Assembly: GCA_028284445.1 (NCBI GenBank)
Contig: JANQRS010000016.1
Span: 80,441-144,440 of the forward strand
DNA: 64,000 nt
Origin: Calditrichia bacterium
GTDB taxonomy: Bacteria > Calditrichota > Calditrichia > RBG-13-44-9 > J075
Reading direction: 5' to 3'
This document shows, piece after piece, positions 18,337-27,724 of this stretch (position 1 is its first letter; every line of letters begins with the position of its first letter). Below the pieces are notes generated by a model. That model saw nothing but the letters and a program-made list of their open reading frames with translations. It ran no database searches and was not told where the DNA came from. A program made the translations under genes and the position numbers.

Positions 18337-19260
18337 ATGGCATCAAATCGTGACACGCTTCCACAATCGACCTTAGGTATTTGGCTTTCCGCGACGCGGC
18401 CCAAAACGCTTTGGGCCGCCGTCGGCCCGGTGCTGATGGGAATTGCCATTGCTGTCAGTGACGGCGCAGCCCACTGGCCTTCGGCGCTGGTAGCCCTGCT
18501 AACGGCTATTCTCATCCAGATTGGCACAAACTTCGCCAACGACTACTACGATTTTGTCAAAGGTGCTGATACCAGTGAGCGTAAGGGACCGGTGCGGGCA
18601 ACCCAGGCTGGTCTGGTTTCACCAACCGCTATGAAGGTGGCGTTTATCCTGGTATTTGCGCTCGCTTTTTTGATGGGATTATACCTGGTCTATCGCGCCG
18701 GTTGGCCCATTTTAGCCATTGGAATCTTCTCGATTCTCTTCGGAATTCTTTACACGGGCGGACCCTATCCGCTTGGCTACAATGGCCTTGCTGATATCTT
18801 TGTGCTGATTTTCTTCGGCCCGATAGCGGTAGGGGGGACCTACTACGTTCAGGCACTGTCTATTTACGAAATCCCGCTGATCGCCGGATTGGCGCCCGGT
18901 CTGATATCAACAGCATTGCTGACAGTTAACAACCTGCGCGATATTGAAACGGATAGACTGGCCGGCAAGCGAACGCTCGCTGTTCGTTTCGGTGCTGGAT
19001 TTGCCCGGGCTGAGTACCTGTTTTGCATTCTGGTGGCCTTGATGATCCCGGTTGGACTGGCCCTTTATCTCCAGGGACACTATTTCGTCATGTGGACCGT
19101 CATTCTGCTGCTGCCGGTATTGCCTGACATCAAGTTGGTCTTTAATAAGAAGAGTTCAGCTGTTGCCCTCAATCGCGTGTTGGGCCGCACTGGTCGCCTG
19201 CTATTTCTCTACGGCCTGATTTTCTCGATCGGTTGGGTGGCCGGAAATATTCCCCGATGA
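18337..19260 (+). CDS. menA: DHNA polyprenyltransferase
   Basis: 'RPKTL', 'NFANDYYDFVKGAD', 'NNLRDIETD...GKRTLAVR'. Confidence 0.97.
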   Translation: MASNRDTLPQSTLGIWLSATRPKTLWAAVGPVLMGIAIAVSDGAAHWPSALVALLTAILIQIGTNFANDYYDFVKGADTSERKGPVRATQAGLVSPTAMKVAFILVFALAFLMGLYLVYRAGWPILAIGIFSILFGILYTGGPYPLGYNGLADIFVLIFFGPIAVGGTYYVQALSIYEIPLIAGLAPGLISTALLTVNNLRDIETDRLAGKRTLAVRFGAGFARAEYLFCILVALMIPVGLALYLQGHYFVMWTVILLLPVLPDIKLVFNKKSSAVALNRVLGRTGRLLFLYGLIFSIGWVAGNIPR

Positions 19261-20348
19261 AGCTAAGTATCCACTCTTTTCGCCTGCCGCTATCGCGTCC
19301 CTTAACCATGCTCGGGCATCGCTACAGCAGTCGTAGTGGTATATTATTGGGCATCGAGGATGATGATGGGCGAGTCGGTTGGGGCGAGATTTCGCCGATG
19401 CCGGGCTTACATCGTGAGACGCTTGATGATGTCCGGGCGGTATTGAAAAAGCAGTTCCGGAACATCCAGGCGCTGCTCAGCCAACCACTTTCATTGAGCG
19501 AATATCTGAATTCCCTTTCTCCGTCGCTTACTGTCCATAAATCGATAGCTTACGGCCTGGAAATGGCCTTCTTGAACCTTTTTAGCCAAAAAACAAATCA
19601 GCCAATTGCCAATTTACTGAGTGAAGACGTCCTAGAGACGGTCTCTATTAATGGATTGATCAGCATTGATCAGACCAATATCGATCGATCGCTGGAAGCT
19701 GTTTTACAGAAGCCTGTTCGCAGCCTGAAGCTGAAAGTGGGGCAACATGCCGTCGAGCAGGATGTCGAGCGGGTTCGATTAGTCCGCTCCAAATTACCCG
19801 CTCATATTTCTTTGCGACTGGATGCCAATTGTGCCTGGGAATATGACGAGGCGATGCGTTTCGCAAGCGGCATTGAACCTGATAGCATCGAATATATCGA
19901 AGAACCGCTGCGCGACAACCGGCAACTGGCTCGCTTTTTTCAGGATAGCGGCTTGCCAATTGCCCTCGACGAGTCACTACTTGATCAAACACCGCAGAAT
20001 GCTGAATTGTCCGATGGTATTGCAGCGGTGATTCTTAAACCCGGCTACCTGGGAGGGTTTACCGAATGTCAGGCCTGGGGGCGACTTGCAAAAGCCGCCG
20101 GGGCCAAATGCGTTGTGAGTTGCGCCTTGCAATCCGGTTTGGGACTGCATGCTGCCGCCAATCTTGCGGCAGTATTAAACGATATAGATGTCCCCTGCGG
20201 ACTTGGTACCTTTGCCTGGTTGGCAGAAGATCTGATTGAGCCGGCGTTTGCGTCAATAGCCGGGCAGATGCAGGTCAAAATTTCAGATACTGTGCATTGG
20301 CAATTGCGGAAGGATATGATTAGCAGTGGAGAAGGGTCGCATGGGTAG
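19257..20348 (+). CDS. menC: o-succinylbenzoate synthase
   Basis: Enolase-family KLKVG, LRLDAN, YIEEP, ALDES motifs; ATGA overlap with menA. Confidence 0.93.
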   Translation: MKLSIHSFRLPLSRPLTMLGHRYSSRSGILLGIEDDDGRVGWGEISPMPGLHRETLDDVRAVLKKQFRNIQALLSQPLSLSEYLNSLSPSLTVHKSIAYGLEMAFLNLFSQKTNQPIANLLSEDVLETVSINGLISIDQTNIDRSLEAVLQKPVRSLKLKVGQHAVEQDVERVRLVRSKLPAHISLRLDANCAWEYDEAMRFASGIEPDSIEYIEEPLRDNRQLARFFQDSGLPIALDESLLDQTPQNAELSDGIAAVILKPGYLGGFTECQAWGRLAKAAGAKCVVSCALQSGLGLHAAANLAAVLNDIDVPCGLGTFAWLAEDLIEPAFASIAGQMQVKISDTVHWQLRKDMISSGEGSHG

Positions 20349-21780
20349 TGAAGCTCAATTTTTTCCATGGCAAGAGTTTATAAAGGAGCATAGCGAACGG
20401 CCTTTCCTGATAGATGAAACCGCTACTATTTCTTATGCCGAGTTTGATCGACGCGTTTGCCATATTATGGAGGCTTTGGATGCGCTGAAGCAGCCACAGA
20501 AAGCTCGCATTGCGCTTGCTGCAGAGAATCAGCTTGATTACATCGTTTTATTGTGGGCCATTTGGCAGAAAGGCTTGCTGGCACTACCGCTAAATACACG
20601 GCTGCCAGCAAAAGAGATTCTGGCAAATATGGAACGGGTGCAGTGCGATATTCTTATCACTGATAATCCCCATAACTTTAAAAGCAACAAGGCCGTCTAC
20701 GCTTTTGTAGACTTCCTGCGATATTCCGGGCATGTCGAATCGCAAGGAAATGATCTCCCACTGGCGCAACTTGCGAGCATTGTTTTTACCTCCGGCAGCT
20801 CCGGGCAAGCGAAGGCGGCTGTTCATTCGCTAGGGAACCATTATTATAGTGCCCTTGGCGCCAATATGAATATGCCATTGGATAGTAGAGATCGCTGGTT
20901 GCTTACTTTGCCCTTATATCACGTTGGGGGACTGGCGACAATTTTTCGCACGATGCTCGCCGGTAGCGCGCTTGTATTTCCAAAGGCGTCCCTGGATTTA
21001 GCCGGGAATATTCGCCAGTTCGGCATTAGTCATGTTAGTATGGTTGCCACGCAGCTGCACCGCTGCCTGCGTCAGCCGGACGGCGAGCGGATTCTTGGGG
21101 GCATGAAAGCGATTCTTCTGGGCGGTAGCGCAATCCCGGATGCGCTTATTCATCAGTCCGTCGCTGCGAAGCTGCCAATTCACACGTCATACGGCTCGAC
21201 AGAGAGCGCTTCACAAGCAGCTGCTACCGCTCCCGGCGCAGATATGAGCGAGCTCCGCACCGCCGGGCGACCGCTTCCTTACCGCGAGCTAAGAATTGAC
21301 GGTGGCGGCCAAATTTGTCTTCGTGGACATACCCTCTTTAAGGGATATTGGCAGGAAAACAGGATTGTGGATGCCCGTGATGAATCCGGATGGTTTGCTA
21401 CTGGTGACAGCGGTTTTTTAGACGACACCGGGAATCTGGTGGTAACCGGTCGCATAGACAACATGTTTATTTCCGGCGGCGAAAATATCCAGCCGGCCGA
21501 AATTGAACGTGCCCTGTGCCGCCTTGAAAAAGTGGCCACAGCTTTGGTGTTGCCGGTTGATGACGAAGAATTTGGCCAGCGTCCGCTGGCATTTGTTCGT
21601 CTCGACAATAATGCGCTGCCTGAAAGCGAAGCCCTTCGCAAGGCGCTTCGTGAGGTTTTACCCGGATACAAAATTCCGCTGGCAATTTTGCCCTGGCCGG
21701 AGGAAAGAGAGACCGGCAGCATCAAAGTTGATCGGTTATATTTTAGGCAATTGGCGGCTGCCTGGTCCGCAAAAGCCTAA
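20341..21780 (+). CDS. menE: o-succinylbenzoate-CoA ligase
   Basis: 'FTSGSSGQAK', 'LPLYHVGG', 'YGSTE', 'GRIDNMFISGGENIQP'. Confidence 0.95.
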   Translation: MGSEAQFFPWQEFIKEHSERPFLIDETATISYAEFDRRVCHIMEALDALKQPQKARIALAAENQLDYIVLLWAIWQKGLLALPLNTRLPAKEILANMERVQCDILITDNPHNFKSNKAVYAFVDFLRYSGHVESQGNDLPLAQLASIVFTSGSSGQAKAAVHSLGNHYYSALGANMNMPLDSRDRWLLTLPLYHVGGLATIFRTMLAGSALVFPKASLDLAGNIRQFGISHVSMVATQLHRCLRQPDGERILGGMKAILLGGSAIPDALIHQSVAAKLPIHTSYGSTESASQAAATAPGADMSELRTAGRPLPYRELRIDGGGQICLRGHTLFKGYWQENRIVDARDESGWFATGDSGFLDDTGNLVVTGRIDNMFISGGENIQPAEIERALCRLEKVATALVLPVDDEEFGQRPLAFVRLDNNALPESEALRKALREVLPGYKIPLAILPWPEERETGSIKVDRLYFRQLAAAWSAKA

Positions 21781-21894
21781 CTGTTTTTTTAGATCCTGCT
21801 TTCATTTCTGGCGAAATTTCTCTAATCTTGTTTTTTTGAATCAACGACATCTCGCGAATCAACGCCCGATTTGCCGGGCGGATGAGGTATATAT

Positions 21895-24330
21895 ATGAAG
21901 TGGGTCAAGTTCCTCCTTGCAGCTGTTTTCTGTACATCCCTATTCTATGTCTTACAATTCCCGATTGGTCAAACCCCTGCCGTAGGTAATTTCCTTAATC
22001 CTTTTGGCGGTTTTTGGCAAAACAATACCCGCCAGGATGAGCTCTTTACCCGCTATCAGGTACAAGGACTGAAGGCTGAAGTGAAAGTGGTCTGGGATGA
22101 GCGGCAAGTTGCTCATGTTTTTGCTGAAAACGATCATGATCTCTACATGATGCAAGGGTATTTGACGGCCCGTGATCGTCTCTGGCAAATGGACTTTATC
22201 GCCAGGGCTGCCGGTGGCAGGCTCTCCGAAGTGGTAGGGGAGAGAGCACTGGAACTGGATCGCTTTCGTCGAAGGACCGGGATGGTGTATGCTGCCGAGA
22301 ACTCTCTGGCCGCGACCAGTGATGCACAGTCCAAACTCGTCATGGAAGCTTATGCAAAGGGGGTAAATCGCTGGATTGCTACCCTCACTCCCGATCAATA
22401 TCCACTCGAATTTAAGATCCTGAACTATCAACCGGAAGCATGGACGCCGCTCAAATCAGCCTTGGTCTTGAAATACATGGCCTGGGATCTTACCGGTCGC
22501 AATGATGAGTTGCAAATGACCCGCACTCGCCAGCTCCTGGGTGATTCTTTAATGAATGAGATGTTTTTCAAGGATAGTGATTTGCAACGACCCATTATTC
22601 CCCGAAATACGGCATGGCCTTTTGAAGCGCTTTCGCCCCCCCCTGCGCCGGAATCGCTGGTAGAGATCGAGCCTTTGGCCATGAATATGCTTCTATCGCC
22701 TGATCCCGACATCGGCAGCAATAACTGGGCAGTTTCCGGGGAAAAGACCAAATCCGGTCATGCCATTCTTTGTAACGATCCGCACCTCGCTCTGCGCTTG
22801 CCGGCCATTTGGTATGAGATACAGCTGCATGCACCGGGTGTGAATGTATACGGTACCAGCATTCCCGGGGCGCCGGCAGTGATCATTGGTTTCAATGAAA
22901 ATATTTCCTGGGGCGTCACCAATGCTGCTACGGACGTTATGGATTGGTATGAGATTGAATTTCGCGATGATGCACAATCGGAATATCTCTATGATGGTGA
23001 ATGGCTGCAGGCAAAACAGCGTCTGGAAACAATTCACGTTTTGAACGGCGCATCTATTGTTGATACGATTCCGATGACGCGCTTCGGGCCGCTGGTCTAT
23101 AACGCTGCTGAAAAGAGCTTTAGCAGCAACGTTCCTACCGGTATGGCCCTGCGCTGGACAGCCCACCAACCGTCCAATGAACTAAGAACCTTCCTGCATC
23201 TGAATCGCGCGACAGATTATGATACCTTTACCCATGCGCTTTCTTTTTTCGATTGTCCGGCCCAAAATTTTGTCTATGCAGACAACCAGGGGAATATCGC
23301 CATTCACCACAATGGGAAATTTCCGGTTCGCTGGCAACACCAGGGACGATATATCAGTGATGGACGTGATCCGGCTTACGATTGGAAGGAATACATTCCA
23401 CGCGAGCATCTGCCAAAGGTCAAGAACCCGGAGCAGGGATTCGTCTTTAGCGCCAATCAGCGTCCCACGGACATGAGTTATCCATACTATCTCGGCGCTC
23501 GTTATGCGACCTTTGAGAGATCAATGCGAATTCATGAACGCCTCAACGAGATGCAGAATATCACCGTCGAGGATATGATGGTGCTGCAAAAAGACAATCA
23601 GAATTTGCGCGCGGAGGCAGTATTGCCTATTATGCTCGATGTCCTTGAGATGCAGGGCGTTTCGCTTGCGGAAGCACGTGATATGGATTTGTTACGCAGC
23701 TGGGATTTTAGCAATGAACGTGATGAAGTGGGACCGTTGATTTTTGATACCTGGTGGTCGAATTTTCACGCCCTGGTATGGGAGGATGAGGTTCGAGATC
23801 AGGACGAGGTGCTGTCTACGCCGGTCAGCGAAGTGACGGTAAACTTGCTGCTGTCGGATACCGCCAGTATTTGGTTTGACCGTCGTGATACCGCAGAACG
23901 CGAGCGCCTGGGCGATATTCTATCGCAGTCCTTTGCCGAGACCAGCCAGCAATTGACGGAAAAGCATGGCTTGTTTGGTGATGATTGGCAGTGGGGGAAG
24001 GCACGCGGCACGGATATTTTGCACATGGCGCAAATTCCCGGCATGGGCCGCACTGGTTTGGAAACCAATGGCAATCGGGCCATCGTCAACGCTACCTCTA
24101 AACGTTTTGGACCTTCCTGGCGAATGATTGTCGAGATGGGGCCGGAAATAAGGGCCTGGGGAATTTATCCGGGGGGGCAATCAGGTAATCCCGGATCACA
24201 ATATTACGATAATATGATTGATGACTGGGTTGCCGGCGAATATTATCCGATCGTTTTTCTGAAATCGGCTGATGAGGCATCAGAGGACATCATCGGCACC
24301 AGTGTATTCAGCAATACATTGGCGCCCTAG
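21895..24330 (+). CDS. Penicillin acylase family (Ntn hydrolase) protein
   Basis: 'DRLWQM', 'GSNNWAVSG', 'NDPHL', 'PGGQSGNPGS'; N-terminal anchor. Confidence 0.95.
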   Translation: MKWVKFLLAAVFCTSLFYVLQFPIGQTPAVGNFLNPFGGFWQNNTRQDELFTRYQVQGLKAEVKVVWDERQVAHVFAENDHDLYMMQGYLTARDRLWQMDFIARAAGGRLSEVVGERALELDRFRRRTGMVYAAENSLAATSDAQSKLVMEAYAKGVNRWIATLTPDQYPLEFKILNYQPEAWTPLKSALVLKYMAWDLTGRNDELQMTRTRQLLGDSLMNEMFFKDSDLQRPIIPRNTAWPFEALSPPPAPESLVEIEPLAMNMLLSPDPDIGSNNWAVSGEKTKSGHAILCNDPHLALRLPAIWYEIQLHAPGVNVYGTSIPGAPAVIIGFNENISWGVTNAATDVMDWYEIEFRDDAQSEYLYDGEWLQAKQRLETIHVLNGASIVDTIPMTRFGPLVYNAAEKSFSSNVPTGMALRWTAHQPSNELRTFLHLNRATDYDTFTHALSFFDCPAQNFVYADNQGNIAIHHNGKFPVRWQHQGRYISDGRDPAYDWKEYIPREHLPKVKNPEQGFVFSANQRPTDMSYPYYLGARYATFERSMRIHERLNEMQNITVEDMMVLQKDNQNLRAEAVLPIMLDVLEMQGVSLAEARDMDLLRSWDFSNERDEVGPLIFDTWWSNFHALVWEDEVRDQDEVLSTPVSEVTVNLLLSDTASIWFDRRDTAERERLGDILSQSFAETSQQLTEKHGLFGDDWQWGKARGTDILHMAQIPGMGRTGLETNGNRAIVNATSKRFGPSWRMIVEMGPEIRAWGIYPGGQSGNPGSQYYDNMIDDWVAGEYYPIVFLKSADEASEDIIGTSVFSNTLAP

Positions 24331-24348
24331 AAGGTAGGGGAAGCGTAA

Positions 24349-24702
24349 GTGGTTCTTTCATTTATGATCATGCTAATTCTACATCTGCTCACCCCTTTTT
24401 GGTGGTGGGTGATGTTGATACCGTTCATTAACAGCGTCATTCGCGGGGCAAGTGCGCTCCGTTCATTCGGCAGCGGCTTCGTGAGTGCCGGTCTGCTGTG
24501 GACAGCAATGGCGCTATTCTTGAACATCAGCTTTACGCGAGAAGTGGTGCCGCGGGTAATGGCTATGACCGGAGCAACATCATTCTGGATGCTGGTGCTG
24601 GTTACGGGCATTGTTGCCGGTCTCTGCGGGGGATTCGCCTCCCTATGCGGATTCTATCTGCGGGACATCTTCCGCAAACAACCAGTACCAGAAGTGAGTT
24701 AA
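24349..24702 (+). CDS. Small membrane protein
   Basis: Hydrophobic 117 aa ORF with 'PFWWW', directly after the acylase. Confidence 0.75.
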   Translation: MVLSFMIMLILHLLTPFWWWVMLIPFINSVIRGASALRSFGSGFVSAGLLWTAMALFLNISFTREVVPRVMAMTGATSFWMLVLVTGIVAGLCGGFASLCGFYLRDIFRKQPVPEVS

Positions 24703-24733
24703 AGTCAATAAATTTTCTCTTCACCAGAAAAAT

Positions 24734-24857
24734 ACCGCGTAGCGGTTACATAATGCAGCCCGGGGTTTCTTTTCTACCCCGGGAGGGATTTAGAGTTGTT
24801 TACACGCATTGCGTAGCGGTTACAGATGATAGCCCGAGGTTTCTTTGCTGCCTGGGG
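24734..24857. repeat. Tandem REP-like units (74-bp period, 2 copies)
   Basis: GCGTAGCGGTTACA at 24737 and 24811, each followed by AGCCCG(G/A)GGTTTCTTT...CC(C/T)GGG. Confidence 0.75.
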
Positions 24858-24863
24858 ACCAAT

Positions 24864-24916
24864 ATCAAAGGATCAAGATTCAAGGATCCAGCATCGAGTA
24901 TCAAGGATCCAGCATC
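24864..24916. repeat. Heptamer tandem repeats
   Basis: TCAAGAT TCAAGGA TCCAGCA TCGAGTA TCAAGGA TCCAGCA. Confidence 0.75.
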
Positions 24917-24943
24917 AATCATTTTTACATCGAAGGCTAATTT

Positions 24944-25513
24944 ATGTCGAATCGTTATCGAATTGGTGTCATCACATCAATCATTTCTTTTTCCATCCTT
25001 TTGGATCAAATAACCAAGCGTATTGCCGAGACAACGCTCAAAACAGCGCCGCCCAAGATCTATTTGGATGACTTCTTTCGCCTGCAATATGCAGAAAATA
25101 TGGGGGCTATGCTTGGATTCGGCTCCAACTGGCCGGATACTGTTCGTTTTTGGGCGCTAACTGTCGGACCGGCACTGATCCTGGTTGCCCTGCTCGGCTA
25201 CTTGTATCTGAACCGCAATATGACGCGCAGCCAAACCATTGCGCTGGCCCTGATTGCCGGTGGGGGATTGAGCAACATTATCGATAGAATTTGGAACGAT
25301 GGCTGGGTCATCGACTTTATGAATATGGGCATTGGCGGCCTGCGTACCGGTATCTTTAACTTCGCAGATGTTTCTATTATGACCGGTCTAGGTGTCATGC
25401 TGGTTTTCGGTGGTATTCTGGTGCCGGAGAAAGAACCGGAAGAATCGGGAGCAGAAGCAGAGCAGCCGAAATCAGCTGATGAAACAGATGTCGGCAGTGT
25501 GGGAGATCAGTAA
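24944..25513 (+). CDS. lspA: Lipoprotein signal peptidase II
   Basis: 'LDQITK', 'GGLSNIIDRI', 'VIDF', 'FNFADVSI'. Confidence 0.95.
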   Translation: MSNRYRIGVITSIISFSILLDQITKRIAETTLKTAPPKIYLDDFFRLQYAENMGAMLGFGSNWPDTVRFWALTVGPALILVALLGYLYLNRNMTRSQTIALALIAGGGLSNIIDRIWNDGWVIDFMNMGIGGLRTGIFNFADVSIMTGLGVMLVFGGILVPEKEPEESGAEAEQPKSADETDVGSVGDQ

Positions 25514-25518
25514 GAGAC

Positions 25519-25551
25519 AAGGCCCGCATGATTAGCTCATGCAGGCCTTTT
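25519..25551. terminator. Hairpin terminator between convergent lspA and csp
   Basis: AAGGCCCGCATGA-ttagc-TCATGCAGGCCTTTT. Confidence 0.7.
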
Positions 25552-25634
25552 GAAACAGCTCCTGATGGTCAAGTCGTCAGATAGAGACCACTTGGAATTT
25601 TACCTTCTGGAAAAGCGTTACCGGTTAAAACTGA

Positions 25635-25844
25635 TTAAACAGGTGTTACATCTTGTGCCTGCAATCCTTTATCGCTCTCAATCACGGTAAATTCAACTGC
25701 CTGTCCTTCCTGAAGGGTACGATACCCTTCTCCCTGAATTGCACTATAGTGCACGAAGATATCTTCACCTTCATCAGGGGTGATGAAGCCATAACCCTTA
25801 ACCGAGTTAAACCACTTAACTGTACCGGCTTGGCGATCAGCCAT
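25635..25844 (-). CDS. Cold-shock protein (CspA family)
   Basis: '[15 protein letters not shown]', 'DIFVHYSAI'; strong AAAGGAGGTG RBS. Confidence 0.97.
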   Translation of the reverse strand: MADRQAGTVKWFNSVKGYGFITPDEGEDIFVHYSAIQGEGYRTLQEGQAVEFTVIESDKGLQAQDVTPV

Positions 25845-26466
25845 GACGCTTCACCTCCTTTCACAACCAAATAAATATCCCCAAAAATTAATAGCTTCCG
25901 GCTTCCCCCTCGAATATGAGAACCGGCTGAACTGAGTACGATGCTGCCGTATTTGCCAAGTACAGGTCACTTTTCATGAAATTACTGCTCAACTGGTGGC
26001 CTACAAATGACAAAGGTATCTCAAATGACTGGTATTCCCCTGGAATTCGGGAATGTTGCATGATGTAAATCAGGCAAATCTGCGGAGCCAGCCTGGTGGT
26101 ATTTGCGATGCCTTTGTGATTTGGATGACATGCACGATGCATGATAGAGAGATGTTGAGTAGCTGCAGAACTTGACGCTTTATGGCAAAATCATCATACT
26201 TCAAGAGAGATTCATTTTGGTTGATTACCGATGTTTTTCTTTGATAAACCGGAGAGAGGGGAAGGCGATAGGAGACAGGCAGAAAGTCGAAGGGGGATCT
26301 TTCCGTTCCAATAACATCTTGCCTGTAGACGAGGTAACTCACGAAAACTCAGTAATAATAACCACACAACCAATTGGATAAATATATAGCCGGGAGTCGG
26401 AAAATCCTATTTCTTTCTTGTTAAGGAATGAATTTGCGGCAAGGCAAATCGTTGTAACTCTAAATT

Positions 26467-26479
26467 AATCAAGTGCTTG
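26467..26479 (+). promoter_or_regulatory. IHF consensus site
   Basis: AATCAAGTGCTTG fits WATCAANNNNTTR, upstream of the csp leader region. Confidence 0.4.
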
Positions 26480-26513
26480 TAGAAACGCTCTACGAGCGCC
26501 TGAACAATTTATA

Positions 26514-26551
26514 ACCGCAGGAATCGCCCTGGCGGGACGAGTACCTGCGGT
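26514..26551 (-). terminator. Hairpin downstream of the glmU-like gene
   Basis: ACCGCAGG...CCTGCGGT inverted repeat. Confidence 0.45.
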
Positions 26552-26584
26552 ATCATATACCACTGCCTTAGCGGAGATTAGCGC

Positions 26585-27340
26585 TTAGCCAGACACCGGA
26601 TTCTGAAGACGCTGATTAAGAATGGCCTCCGCATTCTTCAGTTGATCGACGGTATTAATACCGTGAGTTTCTTCAACATCACGTGTCAATCTGGCAGCCA
26701 GTTTCTCGCCGCGCTGGACATAAATTTTCAGGACATCCGGCAGATAATATTCTCCCTGACGGTTGTCATTCTTCACTTCCGGCAAGGTCGCAAAAAGCTC
26801 TTTTGCCCGGAAGACATAGATACCAACATTGATTTCCTTTATTGCGCGAATCTCATCACTTGCATCTTTTTCCTCGACGATTTGGGTAACGTCGCCTTCC
26901 GGATTGCGAATCACCCGGCCATAGCCGGTGGGATCGGTCATTTCGGTTGTCAGCAATGTTGCAATTGCGCCGCTTTCACGATGATAGTCGACGAGATTTT
27001 TCAAGGTCTCAGCCTGAAGAAGGGGAACATCCCCGGAGAGAACCAGGACGTTGCCTTCAAAGTTTTCGAGGTTCGGGGCGCTCTGTAAAACGGCATGCCC
27101 GGTACCAAGTTGCGGAGATTGCACTGCATATTCAACGCTTAGGTCAGCTGTTGCTTCTTCCACCAACTCTTTCTTGTGGCCGATGATCAGTACGACCTTT
27201 TCAGAACCGATTGCCTGTGCAGCATCGATAACGTAGTGAACCATTGGCTTATCGTTGAGCGGATGAAGAACTTTCGGAAGATCGGATTTCATTCTGGTAC
27301 CTTTACCAGCAGCCAGAATAACGGTTGCTACACTTGCCAT
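26585..27340 (-). CDS. GlmU N-terminal-only nucleotidyltransferase (GlcNAc-1-P uridyltransferase)
   Basis: 'LAAGKGTRMKSDLPKVLH', 'QLGTGHAV', 'GDVPLL', 'GEYYLPD'; ends at 251 aa without the hexapeptide domain. Confidence 0.9.
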   Translation of the reverse strand: MASVATVILAAGKGTRMKSDLPKVLHPLNDKPMVHYVIDAAQAIGSEKVVLIIGHKKELVEEATADLSVEYAVQSPQLGTGHAVLQSAPNLENFEGNVLVLSGDVPLLQAETLKNLVDYHRESGAIATLLTTEMTDPTGYGRVIRNPEGDVTQIVEEKDASDEIRAIKEINVGIYVFRAKELFATLPEVKNDNRQGEYYLPDVLKIYVQRGEKLAARLTRDVEETHGINTVDQLKNAEAILNQRLQNPVSG

Positions 27341-27724
27341 AGGATTACGACTCCTTGTTGCGGGTTTTATGATACTATCGTTTTCCTATACGATTTCTTT
27401 ATCGCATAAGGATGTAAATTAAGCGCAGAATAAATCTTCGCTGTGATCATGGATAATTTTGCGACGATTGCCTTCCCGGAAATATGACTTGTCGGGCAAT
27501 TACGACCAGTCCAATCGGGAGACAGCACTCCCGGAATGATGATTTTTGAAATCGAGCTAAGGTCAGAAAAATATTTAAATTACAGTTGAATTCGTACAAG
27601 TATTTAATTAAGTTTTTAGCAAAATTCGACGGTGCCAAACACTGAATGAGGAATTTACAAATCTCAATCTTGAGCTTTCAGCTCCATTTCGTGAATTAAT
27701 AGCCCAATATAATCAGGTGAAACG

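Noticed and set aside
24734..24857. Possible mini-CRISPR (74-bp period)
   Set aside because: Only two degenerate units, REP-like internal hairpins and no cas genes.
25888..26381. Small ORFs upstream of the csp gene
   Set aside because: No RBS or recognisable motifs and atypical composition; treated as non-coding.
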